A stretch of DNA of 64,000 bases from assembly GCA_050246315.1 (NCBI GenBank), contig JBFWWG010000001.1, forward strand, positions 320,001 through 384,000, written 5' to 3'. This DNA comes from Nitrospiraceae bacterium (GTDB lineage Bacteria > Nitrospirota > Nitrospiria > Nitrospirales > Nitrospiraceae). The translations under genes were made by a program, and so were the position numbers. Positions 19,333 through 31,465 of this stretch are shown one piece after another; the stretch's first letter is position 1, and the number at the start of each line of letters is the position of its first letter. Below the pieces are notes generated by a model, which was not told where the DNA came from, made no database searches, and saw nothing but the letters and a program-made list of their open reading frames with translations.

Positions 19333-22300
19333 TCATCCTCGGAACGGGACATCCTCTGCCATGGGTGCGGGCCGGCTTTCGAGGCTCGACACGTCCACCC
19401 GGCCATCCGTCTCCGGATGCGTGGACGGCGCAGTGGATCCGGCAGGTCGTCCCGGTCGCGCCGTCCTGCGCGGCGTGAGTGTTCGGATCAGCATGAACAG
19501 CAACGGCACAAAAACGATGGCCAGAAACGTGGCCGCGATCATGCCGCCCATCACGCCGGTCCCGATGGAATGCCGGCTGGCCGCGCCGGCTCCGCTGGCG
19601 ATCACGAGCGGCGCCACGCCCAGAATGAAGGCCATCGAGGTCATCACGATCGGACGGAATCGCAGCCGGGCCGCTTCCATCGCCGCCTCGCGCAGCGCCA
19701 TCCCCTGTTCGTAACGTTGGTTGGCGAACTCCACGATCAAGATCGCGTTCTTGGCCGACAGGCCGATCAACGTCACCAGCCCGATTTGAAAGTAAATGTC
19801 GTTCGCCATGCCCGAGAGCCACACCGCCGACAGGGCCCCGAACACCCCGAACGGCACGGCAAGGATCACGGCGAACGGCACGGTCCAGCTTTCATACTGC
19901 GCGGCCAGCACGAGAAACACCATGAGGAGTCCGAACCCGAAGGCCAGCACCGATTCGGCACCGGCCTTGCGCTCCTGGTAGGAGATGCCGCTCCAATCCA
20001 GATCGAACCCTTGCGGGATCAAGACGTCCTGAGCCGCCCGCTCCAAGGCGTCCAACGCTTGGCCGGAACTATAGCCCGGCGCCGCAGCGCCCAGCACGAG
20101 CGCGGTGTTGAAGCCGTTGAAGTGCGTCACCGGATCGGGCCCGCTGCTATAGGTCGTCGTCACCACGGTGTCGAGCGGGATCATGTTGGGGCCTTGCCCG
20201 TTCAGCGCGCGCACGTAGATCTTGCTGATGTCGGCGGGGGTGGTCCGGTATTGCGGCTCCGCCTCGGTCTGCACGCGATAGACGCGGCCGAACTTGACGA
20301 AGTCGTTGATGTAGAAGTTGCCGAAAAAGGCCTGGAGGGTGTCGAAGACTTCCGAGATCGGCACGCCCAGCGCCTTGGCCCGTTCGCGGTTGATCTTGGC
20401 ATGCACCCGTGGCGCGCTGACGCGAAAGCTCGAACTGATGGCGCCGATCGCCGGATCCTGTCTGGCTTTCGCAACGAACTCCTCGGCGGCCGCGGCGAAT
20501 GTCTTGAAGTGCCCGCCGCTGGGGTCCTGCACCTGAACCGAGAAGCCGCCCGTGGCGCCCAACCCTCGGATGGACGGGGCATTGAAGGCCAGGATGATCG
20601 CTTCCGGGATCTTGGCGAATTTCTTGAACGCCTCGGCGATCAAGGTTTTGACGTGGTGCTCCTTGCCCTTTCGCTCATCCCAATGTTTGAGGGGCGCGAA
20701 CATCGTCGCGGTATTGGTGCCTCGCGTGCTGAAGACGAAGTTCTGTCCTGACAGACTCTGCGTGCCGTAGACCGCCGGCAAGCCGAGGTAGTACGCCTCG
20801 ATCTTGTCGAGGACCGCGTCCGTGCGTTTCTTCGAGGCGCCGTCCGGCAACTGCACGATCGTAATGAAGTACCCCTGATCTTCTTCCGGCAGAAAGGCCA
20901 TCGGGATGGTCCTGAACAGGCTGATGACGATCCCGATCATCGCCGCGAACACCGCCAGCGACAGCAGGCCGTGCCGCAAGGTCAGGCGCACGACCGTGCC
21001 ATAGCGAACCTGGACCCAATCGAACAGTCGGTTGAAGAGCCCGAAGAAGCCTTTCGGTTGGCCATGGCCCGGCTTGAGCACCAGAGCGCACAGGGCGGGG
21101 CTGAGCGTCAAGGCCACGAACCCGGAGATCATGACGGAGAGCGCAATCGTGATCGCGAATTGCTTGTACAGTTGGCCTGTGATGCCGCCCAGGAATCCGA
21201 CCGGCACGAAGACCGCGCAGAGCACCAGCACGATCGCGATCACCGGTCCGGTCACCTCGCCCATGGCCTTCTTCGCCGCCTCTTTCGGCGAGAGCCCGTT
21301 CGCCATGTGGCGCTCCACGTTTTCGACGACCACGATGGCGTCATCGACAACGATTCCGATAGCCAGGACCAGACCGAAGAGCGTGAGGGTGTTGATCGAA
21401 AACCCCAGCGCCGCCATGCCGGCAAAGGTGCCGATCAACGACACCGGCACCGCCGCAGCGGGAATCACCGTCGCGCGCCAGCTCTGAAGGAAGAGGTAGA
21501 CGACCAGCAGCACCAGGATCATGGCATCTCGCAGCGTCGCCACGACCTCCCGGATGGAGACCTCCACAAACCGGGTCGTATCGTAGGGGATATCGTAGGT
21601 CACGCCGGGTGGAAAGACCTTGGCCAGCCGGTCCATCTCGTCCCGAATCCGCTTCACGGTATCGAGGGCGTTGGCGCCGGGCGAGAGAAACGTAAGGAGC
21701 AGGGCGGTCGGCTTCCGTTTGTAGCGACCTTCGAGCACATAAGACTGCGCGCCCAGCTCGATCCGCGCCACGTCCTTGAGCCGGACGATCGAGCCGTTGG
21801 GCAGCGCGCGGACGATCATCTCCTCGAACTCGGCGACCTCCGACATCCGGCCGTCCGTGATGAGGGGGAGGGTCAGCTCGGTGCCGCCCGGGATGGGCTC
21901 CCGTCCCACCGTCCCGGCGGGGAAATCGCGGTTCTGCTCCCGCACCACCGTGACAATGTCCGTCGGCGTCAAATTCAATTGCGCCATGCGCACGGGGTTC
22001 AGAATCAGCCGCATGCTGTAGTTCTGTTGCCCAAAGACCGATGCGTCGCCCACACCGGGCAATCGCTTGATGTTGTCGATGATGCGCAGAATGGCGTAGT
22101 TGGCCAGGGTGAAGGCGTCCTGTTGCGGATCATCCGATTGCAACACCATGACGGTCAGCAAATCGGGGGACATTTTCTTGACGGAGATCCCTTGGCGAAT
22201 GACTTCCGGTGGGAGCTGCGGTTCGGCCAGTTTCTGGCGGTTCTGCGTCTGGACCTGGGCGATATCGATGTTCGTCCCGATCTCGAAGGTGAGCCGGATC

Positions 22301-22569
22301 GTCACGTGTCCGTCGTTCGTGCTCGTCGAATCGAAGTAGAGGAGGTTGTCGATGCCGGGCAATTGCAGCTCGATCGGCCGCGCCACGGACTCCGCCGCCA
22401 CCTCGGCGCTGGCGCCGGGATAGTCGGCCTCGATCTGAACCATCGGAGGCGTGATCGGCGGAAACTGGGCAATGGGCAGAACCTGCATCGCCACCAGGCC
22501 AACGACGACGATGACGATCGACAGGACCGACGAAAAGATCGGCCGGTCGATGAAGAAGGTGGGACTCAT
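19333..22569 (-). CDS. RND efflux permease (HAE1/AcrB family)
   Basis: FIDRPIF, AIGIVVDDAIVVVENVER, KNAILIVEFA, RFRPIVMTS. Confidence 0.96.
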   Translation of the reverse strand: MSPTFFIDRPIFSSVLSIVIVVVGLVAMQVLPIAQFPPITPPMVQIEADYPGASAEVAAESVARPIELQLPGIDNLLYFDSTSTNDGHVTIRLTFEIGTNIDIAQVQTQNRQKLAEPQLPPEVIRQGISVKKMSPDLLTVMVLQSDDPQQDAFTLANYAILRIIDNIKRLPGVGDASVFGQQNYSMRLILNPVRMAQLNLTPTDIVTVVREQNRDFPAGTVGREPIPGGTELTLPLITDGRMSEVAEFEEMIVRALPNGSIVRLKDVARIELGAQSYVLEGRYKRKPTALLLTFLSPGANALDTVKRIRDEMDRLAKVFPPGVTYDIPYDTTRFVEVSIREVVATLRDAMILVLLVVYLFLQSWRATVIPAAAVPVSLIGTFAGMAALGFSINTLTLFGLVLAIGIVVDDAIVVVENVERHMANGLSPKEAAKKAMGEVTGPVIAIVLVLCAVFVPVGFLGGITGQLYKQFAITIALSVMISGFVALTLSPALCALVLKPGHGQPKGFFGLFNRLFDWVQVRYGTVVRLTLRHGLLSLAVFAAMIGIVISLFRTIPMAFLPEEDQGYFITIVQLPDGASKKRTDAVLDKIEAYYLGLPAVYGTQSLSGQNFVFSTRGTNTATMFAPLKHWDERKGKEHHVKTLIAEAFKKFAKIPEAIILAFNAPSIRGLGATGGFSVQVQDPSGGHFKTFAAAAEEFVAKARQDPAIGAISSSFRVSAPRVHAKINRERAKALGVPISEVFDTLQAFFGNFYINDFVKFGRVYRVQTEAEPQYRTTPADISKIYVRALNGQGPNMIPLDTVVTTTYSSGPDPVTHFNGFNTALVLGAAAPGYSSGQALDALERAAQDVLIPQGFDLDWSGISYQERKAGAESVLAFGFGLLMVFLVLAAQYESWTVPFAVILAVPFGVFGALSAVWLSGMANDIYFQIGLVTLIGLSAKNAILIVEFANQRYEQGMALREAAMEAARLRFRPIVMTSMAFILGVAPLVIASGAGAASRHSIGTGVMGGMIAATFLAIVFVPLLFMLIRTLTPRRTARPGRPAGSTAPSTHPETDGRVDVSSLESRPAPMAEDVPFRG

Positions 22570-23777
22570 CTCGCGTCCTGTTGAGGATCGCGGAGGCCGG
22601 ACGACGGAGGCGCCGACGTTTCCGCTGGGGGAGGCGTCGTTGTTGCTTGCACGGGCTTCACTTGGACACCAGGCATCACCTTTTGGAACCCATCCACCAC
22701 GACCCGCTCGCCCTCGCGCAGCCCATCTTCAATGAGCCATTCCTTGTCCCGCCAGGCGGAGGCCTTGACGTCCCGAAGCTCCACCTTGTCTCCCTCCCCG
22801 ACCACATAGACCACCGGCCCCTTCGCCCCCTGCTGTACGGCCCGTTGCGGAACCAGGATGGCATTGGTCTTGGAGACCCCGTGGAACTTCACCGTCACGA
22901 ATTGCCCCGGCAGCAACACGCGATCGGGGTTCGGGAAGACGACCCGCGCCTGCCGCGATCCCGTTTCCGCGCGCAGGCCGACATCGGCAAAATCCAGGAG
23001 GCCTTGGTGCGGATAGACTGTCCCGTCCACGAACGTGATGACGCCCGTCAAATGGTAGATCCCCGGATGCTGGATGCGCTTCGCAATGATGTCTCGCCGG
23101 CGCTTCAGGAGGAAGCTCTCCGGCGCGCTGACGATGACATACATGGGGTCCATCTGGTGAATCACGGTCAGCAGGTCCGTCTGGGCCGTGACCAGGCGCC
23201 CTTCGTAATAGCGGGTTCGCTCGATCAGGCCGTCGATGGGCGCGATGATCAACGTATTGTCGAGATCGAACTTGGCCTTCACCACATCGCCCCTCGCCGC
23301 TTCGAGCGACGCCTTGGCCGCCAATTCTTCGGCCACGGCGTCGTCCAGGTCTTTCTGACTCACGGCCTGCTCGGCCAACAGCGGCTTGACTCTGTCCAGA
23401 TTTTGACGAGCCTGCACGAGCCTGGCCTGGGATTGAGACACCCGCGCCTTCGCGCTCAGGTAGGCGGCTTGAAACGGAACCGGATCGATACGGTAGAGGG
23501 GGTCCCCTTTGCGGACATCGCGCCCTTCCGTGAAGAAGCGCTCCTTCATGATCCCTGTCACCTGCGAACGGATCTCAACAATGCGGGAGGCCTCCGCCTG
23601 TCCGATGAACTCCGGTTCATCCGGAACCGTCTGAAATGCGACCGGAAGGACCTGCACTTCAGGGACGGGGCGGGGAGGAGACGGGACGGGCTCCTGCTTG
23701 CACCCGATGGAGCCGACGGCCAGCAATGAGAGCGTCAGCACTGTCGTGAGACTCGCGTGGTCGTTGCCTGACATCAC
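22566..23777 (-). CDS. RND membrane-fusion (adaptor) lipoprotein
   Basis: Lipobox IGC, EIRSQVTG, APIDG, LLPGQFV, VPQRAV; overlaps the RND start. Confidence 0.93.
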   Translation of the reverse strand: MMSGNDHASLTTVLTLSLLAVGSIGCKQEPVPSPPRPVPEVQVLPVAFQTVPDEPEFIGQAEASRIVEIRSQVTGIMKERFFTEGRDVRKGDPLYRIDPVPFQAAYLSAKARVSQSQARLVQARQNLDRVKPLLAEQAVSQKDLDDAVAEELAAKASLEAARGDVVKAKFDLDNTLIIAPIDGLIERTRYYEGRLVTAQTDLLTVIHQMDPMYVIVSAPESFLLKRRRDIIAKRIQHPGIYHLTGVITFVDGTVYPHQGLLDFADVGLRAETGSRQARVVFPNPDRVLLPGQFVTVKFHGVSKTNAILVPQRAVQQGAKGPVVYVVGEGDKVELRDVKASAWRDKEWLIEDGLREGERVVVDGFQKVMPGVQVKPVQATTTPPPAETSAPPSSGLRDPQQDAR

Positions 23778-23961
23778 TATTCATCCAATACGCAGCCGCC
23801 CGAATCGGCGCGCCAGTCGATGCTCAATGGCTACGATCTCAGCGCTGGCACTGAACTCGTATAGCTGCCGTGACGGACGCTGCCCTTGAGGATCACCAGA
23901 CGAATTCTGTCTGATTGACGTTCCATCGGCTCTCGATCTTAGTCCTTCGTTGTTCCGATGA

Positions 23962-24186
23962 TCAACGGAGACTCTCCACGAGCACTTTCTGGTCCTTGTA
24001 TATCGACTCGCATGTGTGCCCCTGAGATTCCGTCTGGCGCTGCTCAACCCGCCGGCGGGGCTGCAGATGGTCGGCGATGCCGACGTCCCGGGCTACTTGA
24101 GCTACAGGCCGTGCCGAGTCGCGCACCAACCGGACCGCCTCCGCTTTACATTCGTCCCTGTATCGCCGTCGGGTCTTCGTGGCCAT
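23962..24186 (-). mobile_element. IS3-family transposase OrfA remnant
   Basis: MATKTRRRY..E.KAEAVRLV......VAQVARDVGI HTH, then degenerate; no OrfB seen. Confidence 0.8.
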
Positions 24187-24228
24187 CCATTCTTCCGATT
24201 TGACCATGCTCCTCCTCATACAAAGGTC

Positions 24229-25116
24229 TCATGTCCTTGCCTCCAAGAACGCAAGGTCGAACGCTTCCGGGTCCGGGCCGTTGCGACGGTTTGTGTCGAG
24301 CGTGGCAATCGACGCCATGTCCGTTTCGGAAAGTTCAAAGTCGAAGATGTCGATATTGCTGGCGATGCGCTCCGGGTGAATGGATTTCGGGATTGCGGAC
24401 ACGCCGTTCTGGATGTGCCACCGCAGAACCACTTGCGCCGGCGTCTTGCCGGTTCTCGCGGCGATCTCCGTGAGCACGCGATCGTCTAGCAGTCTCGTGA
24501 TGCGCTCGGGGTCGCGAGGATGATTGGTGAAGATGCCCCCGATAGGTGACCACGCCTGCGTGGCGATACCAAGACGCGCATGGACCTCCCGCAGCGACCG
24601 CTGTGCGAAATACGGATGCAGTTCCACCTGATTGACCGCGGGCGTCACTCCCGTCGCCGCAATCAGGGCTGTGAGACGCGGCTCTGTGAAGTTGCACACG
24701 CCGATGGCGCGCACGCGTCCGTCTGCGAGCAGTTTCTTGGCCGCTTGCCACGCCGCGATTGTCTCATTCCACGAGGACGGGACCGGCCAGTGCAACAGAT
24801 AGAGATCAAGGTACTCAACACCGAGCTTGTTCACGCTCACATCAAAGGCGCGCAACGCCGCATCGTAGCCGTAGTCGCTGATCCACAGCTTAGTCGTCAC
24901 GAACAGCTCGTCACGGGGGACCGCGCCGCGGGCGATGCCTTCGCCGACCTCCCGCTCATTGCCGTAGGCAGCAGCCGTGTCGATCAAGCGATATCCACTC
25001 GCAACCGCGCTCTGCACCGCATTGGCGGTGTCTTTGGGCGAGCTGAGATACACACCGAGGCCCAACAGGGGGAGCTCAACGCCATTGCTGAGGCGGATCG
25101 TCGGCGTCTTGTTCAT
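24229..25116 (-). CDS. Aldo/keto reductase (DkgA-like)
   Basis: LSNGVELPLLGLG, IDTAAAYGNE, TTKLW, LYLLHWP, IPKS; start reassigned to MNKTPT. Confidence 0.92.
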   Translation of the reverse strand: MNKTPTIRLSNGVELPLLGLGVYLSSPKDTANAVQSAVASGYRLIDTAAAYGNEREVGEGIARGAVPRDELFVTTKLWISDYGYDAALRAFDVSVNKLGVEYLDLYLLHWPVPSSWNETIAAWQAAKKLLADGRVRAIGVCNFTEPRLTALIAATGVTPAVNQVELHPYFAQRSLREVHARLGIATQAWSPIGGIFTNHPRDPERITRLLDDRVLTEIAARTGKTPAQVVLRWHIQNGVSAIPKSIHPERIASNIDIFDFELSETDMASIATLDTNRRNGPDPEAFDLAFLEART

Positions 25117-25154
25117 CGTCGTCATCTCCTTGTTCAGATTGGTCGCCTCCTTGT

Positions 25155-25916
25155 TCAACGCGCGCAATACCCGCCGTCCGGCGTGAGGGTTTGCCCGACC
25201 ATGAAGCCGGCGCCGGGCGAACAGAGCCACAGCACGGCGGAAGCGATTTCGTCGACCGTGCCCATGCGGCCAAGCGGGATGTCGGCGATGACCGCGTCCA
25301 TGCGGCCCGGCTCGCGTTCCATCAGGCCCGTGACCAGCGGTGTCTCCGTCGTGCCGGGACAGATCGCATTGATGCGGATGCCTTTTCGCGCGTACTCCAG
25401 CCCGGCAGCCTTGGTCAGCCCGATCACTCCGTGCTTCGAAGCGGTGTACGCGCCGAGGCCGGCGATGCCGACGAAGCCGCTTTGCGACGAGCAATTGACG
25501 ATGGCGCCGCTCCCCTGTAGCCGCATCTGACGCAATTCGTGTTTCATGCACAGGAAGGTGCCGCGCAGATTGACGGCGATGATGCGGTCAAAATCGCCGA
25601 CCTCGACATCGGCAGTGTCGGCCTGGACGACGTGAATGCCCGCATTGTTGAAGGCGTAGTCGAGCCGGCCGTATGCCGAGACCGCCTGTTGCACCATGGC
25701 GGCCGCGTCGGCTTCCACCGCGACGTCGCAGCGGACGCCGAGAGCCTTGTGCCCTGCAGCCGTAAGCTGACGCGCTGCCTCCTCCACGACGTCACCATGC
25801 ACACCGGCCAGCACAACCGCCGCGCCCGCCTCGGCGAAGGCTTTGGCGGTCGCCAGGCCGATGCCGGAGCCGGCGCCAGTAACGAGTGCCACTTTGTTTT
25901 CAAATGTGATGTTCAT
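25155..25916 (-). CDS. Short-chain dehydrogenase/reductase
   Basis: TGAGSGIG, NNAG, YTASK. Confidence 0.93.
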   Translation of the reverse strand: MNITFENKVALVTGAGSGIGLATAKAFAEAGAAVVLAGVHGDVVEEAARQLTAAGHKALGVRCDVAVEADAAAMVQQAVSAYGRLDYAFNNAGIHVVQADTADVEVGDFDRIIAVNLRGTFLCMKHELRQMRLQGSGAIVNCSSQSGFVGIAGLGAYTASKHGVIGLTKAAGLEYARKGIRINAICPGTTETPLVTGLMEREPGRMDAVIADIPLGRMGTVDEIASAVLWLCSPGAGFMVGQTLTPDGGYCAR

Positions 25917-26147
25917 CCTTCATTCCTTTTTAGATTGCGTTTGGCTCCGACGCCCAAGATCGGCATCCGCACGCCGTTGTTGATCTTCACCTTCGGCATC
26001 GCGCCGAGGCTCGTGGTCGCCTGGCTGGTGTCGCCGTTCCGCTCCGGCCTACAGCCAAGGAACGACGAAGCCACCAGCGTTCCGGCGGCGGCGATGAGAC
26101 ATTCGCGTCGTGTGGTCCTGTCGTCACACCGATGTGTTCGGTGGACA

Positions 26148-26148
<1 letters not shown>
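25913..26148 (-). pseudogene. Truncated Tat-signal aldo/keto reductase
   Basis: TRRECL...FLGC leader followed by KINNGVRMPILGVG (AKR start), then an early stop. Confidence 0.7.
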
Positions 26149-27464
<1,316 letters not shown>

Positions 27465-27504
27465 TCAAGCTTGCTGGGGGAGGGCCGTCGCGTGCATGAC
27501 TGTG

Positions 27505-28497
27505 TCACTTGGTTGTCTTTTGTAAGGGCTTGATCGTTCCCAGCTTTGCGATGTCCTCATCGGTGCGGTTCCCGTGAATAGGAATCTTTGCAAGCTTCGC
27601 TTCGATCTGCTCCAGTTCGCTCGGAGTGATCTCCACATCTGCCGCGCCAAGATTCTCTTCGATGCGTTCGCGCTTACGGGACCCCGGAATGGGAGCCATA
27701 AAGTCTTCCTTCGCGAGCATCCAGGCCAGCGAAATCTGAGCTGGGGTCGCGCCTTTTTCCTCGGCGATGCGGTGTAGCAGATCGATGAGTGGTTGATTGG
27801 CAGCGATGTTCGCCTGATCGAATCGGGTGATCACGCGCCGCACGTCGTCGCCCTGATACCGATCGTCGGCGCGCACCCGGCCTGAAAGAAAGCCGCTGGC
27901 GAGCGGCGAAAACGGCACGAACCCGATACGGAGCTCTTTGCAGAGCGGAATGACGTCGCGTTCGAACATGCGCTCCATCATGGAGTATTCGCTTTGGACA
28001 GCCGTAACCGGAGTGACGGCGTGCGCGCGGCGGATCTCCAAAGCGGAGCACTGCGATAGTCCCCAGCCACGGATCTTCCCTTCTTCGATGAGCCATCCCA
28101 TCACCTGGGCGACATCCTCGACCGGAACCTTCGGATTGATCCGGTGCAGGTAGTAGAGCTCCACGCGATCAGTGCCCAAGCGGGTGAGCGAGGCTTCGAG
28201 GTGCTCGCGAACCTGGACGCTGACGGGGGTCTCCGTTGTGTGTTCGTCGACCCGCAATTTGGTGGCGATCACCACACTCTCACGCATAGGCTTGAGCGCT
28301 TCCCCGACCAACGCCTCGTTGTGTCCGGCCCCGTAGGCTTCCGCGGTATCGAAGTGAGTGCAGCCAAGCTCGAAGGCGTATCGAATCAACCGGATGGATT
28401 CACCGCGTTCAGGCGCGGCTCCGTAGCCGTGACTGAAGCCCATACAGCCAAAACCGATGGCGGACACCTCCAACTCTCTCAGCTTTCGGGTTTTCAT
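27505..28497 (-). CDS. Aldo/keto reductase
   Basis: IGFGCMG, FDTAEAYG, YYLHR, QSEYS, PIPGS. Confidence 0.92.
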   Translation of the reverse strand: MKTRKLRELEVSAIGFGCMGFSHGYGAAPERGESIRLIRYAFELGCTHFDTAEAYGAGHNEALVGEALKPMRESVVIATKLRVDEHTTETPVSVQVREHLEASLTRLGTDRVELYYLHRINPKVPVEDVAQVMGWLIEEGKIRGWGLSQCSALEIRRAHAVTPVTAVQSEYSMMERMFERDVIPLCKELRIGFVPFSPLASGFLSGRVRADDRYQGDDVRRVITRFDQANIAANQPLIDLLHRIAEEKGATPAQISLAWMLAKEDFMAPIPGSRKRERIEENLGAADVEITPSELEQIEAKLAKIPIHGNRTDEDIAKLGTIKPLQKTTK

Positions 28498-28558
28498 GCC
28501 TATCCTCCTCTCTTGATTCACATCGCTTTCGAATTCCTTGCATCCATTGCATCTTGAT

Positions 28559-28828
28559 CTATGGGCGCAACAGCGCCTTGATCGCGCGGCGTTCGTCCAT
28601 GGCACAGTAGCCCTCCGCCACTTGGTCCAGGGGCAGGATCAGGTCGAACACCTTGCCCGGGTTGATCCTCCCGTTTAGCACCAAGTCGATCAGCTTGGGC
28701 AGATAGCGCCGCACGGGTACGGGTCCGCCGTGCAGATGGGCGTACGCGTAGAACAATTGCTCACCGTTCAGTTCAACTTCGTGCGGCACGCCGACATAGC
28801 TGACATATCCGCCTGGACGCGCGGAGCG
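28559..28828 (-). pseudogene. Partial duplicate of the Zn-dependent alcohol dehydrogenase 3' end
   Basis: About 270 bp nearly identical to 29355-29625; no 5' part. Confidence 0.85.
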
Positions 28829-28867
28829 GTCGTGGAATGGCACATGGTTGCTTCCGACTCACTCCCC

Positions 28868-29278
28868 TCATCCCGGAAGAATGGCGGTAACGCGGATCTC
28901 GACCCGCATCTTCGGATCGCCGAGGGCAGCGACTCCCAGGCAGGTCCAGACGGGGGCGTGGTCGGGCATGTAGTGACGAAACCGCTCGGTCATGGCCTGG
29001 TTGATTTCCTCTTGATGCCCGTCGAATCCCACGTGGTAAGAGTTTACATGGATTACGTGCTCCCAACCCGCGCCGGCAAGAGCCAACGTTCGCTCGACAT
29101 TGCGGAACGCCTGAGCGATCTCGTCTGTTATCGACTCGGGGAACTCCCAGTCGTCGTTCCAGCCGCCCTGACCTGCGGTCTCGACTCGGTTGCCGATCTT
29201 GACCGCTTGGGAATAGTGGAACAGCCTCAGGTTGCGCTCACCGTAACCGGACGTGACAAAGAATTCAGGCTTATTCAT
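28868..29278 (-). CDS. RidA/YjgF family protein
   Basis: HYSQAV..G, GQGG, P.WT..GV..L, RVEI. Confidence 0.88.
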   Translation of the reverse strand: MNKPEFFVTSGYGERNLRLFHYSQAVKIGNRVETAGQGGWNDDWEFPESITDEIAQAFRNVERTLALAGAGWEHVIHVNSYHVGFDGHQEEINQAMTERFRHYMPDHAPVWTCLGVAALGDPKMRVEIRVTAILPG

Positions 29279-29354
29279 GACGGCCTCCAATCACATCCCA
29301 ACACCGATAAACCTTGTCGTCTTTTGGTTCGTTCCGGCCGCACGCCGCAAGGCC

Positions 29355-30371
29355 TTACGGGCGCAACAGTGCCTTGATCGCGCGGCGTTCGTCCATGGCA
29401 CGGTAGCCTTCCGCCACTTGGTCCAGGGGCAGGATCAGGTCGAACACCTTGCCCGGGTTGATCCTCCCGTTTAGCACCAAGTCGATCAGCTTGGGCAGGT
29501 AGCGCCGCACGGGTGCGGGACCGCCGTGCAGATGGACGTGCGCATAGAACAATTGCTCACCGTTCAGCTCGACCCCGTGCGGCAGACCAACGTAGCTGAC
29601 ATGTCCGCCTGGACGCGTGGAACGGATCGCCTGCATCATAGCTTCCTGCGTGCCGACACACTCCAAAACCGATTCCGCGCCGACGCCTTTGGTCATGTCC
29701 ATGAGGCGCTTCATCCCCTCGTCGCCGCGCTCGGCGATAATGTCGGTCGCGCCGAACTCGCGAGCGAGTTGCTGCCGCTGCTCGTGGCGACTCATCACGA
29801 TGATGCGCTCGGCCCCCATCTGTTTGGCCGAGAGCACGCCGAGCAGGCCGACCGCGCCGTCGCCCACAACCACAACGGTTGATCCAGGCTTCACGTTGGC
29901 CGCATCGGCGGCGAACCAGCCGGTCCCCAGCACGTCCGATGTCGTCAGGAGGCTCGGGACCAGGTCGTCCGATGGAACCCCCGGCGTCGGCACCAGCGTC
30001 CCGTCCGCCAGCGGCACGCGCAGTACCGGTGCCTGCGCCCGAGAGATCCACTCACGGTGCGTGCACGACGACTGGTAGCCGTACTGGCAGTTGGAACACG
30101 TGTTGTCCGACGTGGCGAACGAGCCGATGACAAACTGCCCCGGTTTAACCGAACGCACCGTCCCGCCGATCTCCTCCACGATGCCGCAGTATTCGTGCCC
30201 CATCGGCGTGGGCCTGTCGATCGGCTGCAGCCCTCGATAGGGCCACAGGTCCGACCCGCAGACGCACGTAGCGGCGAGGCGAATCACCGCATCCGTCGGC
30301 TCTTCAATTCTCGGCGATTCACGATCTTCGAAGCGAATGTCTCCGGGTCCGTAAAGTACGGTGCCTTTCAT
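29355..30371 (-). CDS. Zn-dependent alcohol dehydrogenase (MDR family)
   Basis: CGSD, GHEY.G, GDGAVG. Confidence 0.92.
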   Translation of the reverse strand: MKGTVLYGPGDIRFEDRESPRIEEPTDAVIRLAATCVCGSDLWPYRGLQPIDRPTPMGHEYCGIVEEIGGTVRSVKPGQFVIGSFATSDNTCSNCQYGYQSSCTHREWISRAQAPVLRVPLADGTLVPTPGVPSDDLVPSLLTTSDVLGTGWFAADAANVKPGSTVVVVGDGAVGLLGVLSAKQMGAERIIVMSRHEQRQQLAREFGATDIIAERGDEGMKRLMDMTKGVGAESVLECVGTQEAMMQAIRSTRPGGHVSYVGLPHGVELNGEQLFYAHVHLHGGPAPVRRYLPKLIDLVLNGRINPGKVFDLILPLDQVAEGYRAMDERRAIKALLRP

Positions 30372-30385
30372 GGTAGATCTCCTGA

Positions 30386-31465
30386 CTATTGTAGTTTCCC
30401 AAACATCTTCTTCATTGTTTCGCCGTCGAGGACTGCCATGTCGATCAACTTCAGCGATGTAACCATTTGCGACGTCGAAGTCTTGTAACGCTGAAAATGG
30501 GGTGAGGCGATGTGCGACTCGTAGGCGGCTTGATTCTTGTATATCTCGACGATTCTTACCTGCGTCCGGTCATCGCTGAGTGTCATTGGAAAGATACTTA
30601 CCACGCCTGGCTCGCTTTCCACGGACTTCCGTGCTTCCTCTTCAAGGATGGCCAGGTATTCGGCACGGGACTCAGGCGTGATCTGAATCTCGGAGATTCG
30701 AACGAGCATGTCGTTCTCGATGACCGGCAACTCCGGTTTTCCCATCAGATGACGGAGTTGATTGGCCTGGGTCCTGCTGACGGCGGAATCAATGAGGTCC
30801 GCTATCTGGACCAATTGCTCATCGGTGATTCCGGTGTTTCTACCGATGCCGATGTGCGACTTGAGTTGCGATCCGACACCGCCCATGGACGTCAGTGCAG
30901 CGATGGTTACCAGTTCCCGCTCCCTGTGCGTCAGTATCTTGTTGTCAAAAATGTCGGCAAACAGATGCTCCTTCAGGAAACGGTCGATTTCCGGGCTGAA
31001 TTCTCCGAATCCAGGCGCAGGTTTGGATTGCCGAACACCGGTCAGCTCCTCCAAGGTCGCTCTGCCCCGCTCATAGCGATCACCGCCGATAATGGGTTGG
31101 TGTGATCGCCCTGGCTTATCGCGCACGCCTTGCTTTTCGCGACTCTCGATCACCGCCCTGAGTGTATTGATGCCGTTAAGACTGCGGGGAAATCCACAGT
31201 ACGCATACAGCTGCTCCACGGCTGCTTTGATTTGGTTGACGGTCAGCCCCGTATCCAACCCCGCTCGAAGTGCCGTATCCAGCTCTTCAAGATTTCCGGT
31301 AGCGGTGTGTGCAGAGATGCGGATCAAGGCGATCTCCTGAGCATTCAGGGCGGTGCGGTGCTGTGCGTGGGTCTTGTCGGTCTGTGCATTCATGACATTT
31401 GCTCCAACAACGAAACATCCCAATACACTGGCAAGGAAGCCGAACATCCAACGTTTCGTGTTCAT
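30386..31465 (-). CDS. Carboxymuconolactone decarboxylase-family protein fused to an ABM/quinol-monooxygenase domain
   Basis: QLYAYCGFPRSLN, HLFADIF, RERELVT; C-terminal EPGV...EIY....AYESHI.SPHF; N-terminal signal peptide. Confidence 0.85.
   Translation of the reverse strand: MNTKRWMFGFLASVLGCFVVGANVMNAQTDKTHAQHRTALNAQEIALIRISAHTATGNLEELDTALRAGLDTGLTVNQIKAAVEQLYAYCGFPRSLNGINTLRAVIESREKQGVRDKPGRSHQPIIGGDRYERGRATLEELTGVRQSKPAPGFGEFSPEIDRFLKEHLFADIFDNKILTHRERELVTIAALTSMGGVGSQLKSHIGIGRNTGITDEQLVQIADLIDSAVSRTQANQLRHLMGKPELPVIENDMLVRISEIQITPESRAEYLAILEEEARKSVESEPGVVSIFPMTLSDDRTQVRIVEIYKNQAAYESHIASPHFQRYKTSTSQMVTSLKLIDMAVLDGETMKKMFGKLQ

Noticed and set aside
20971..22584. Long plus-strand ORFs opposite real genes (also 11294-12457, 19417-20751, 25539-27200, 42970-44679, 49173-50231)
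   Set aside because: Antisense shadows typical of high-GC coding DNA; no motifs, and they fully overlap well-supported genes.
25117..25551. Apparent 440-aa AKR with a long N-terminal extension
   Set aside because: The extension is an alternative frame of the SDR gene; the AKR has its own RBS and start at 25116.
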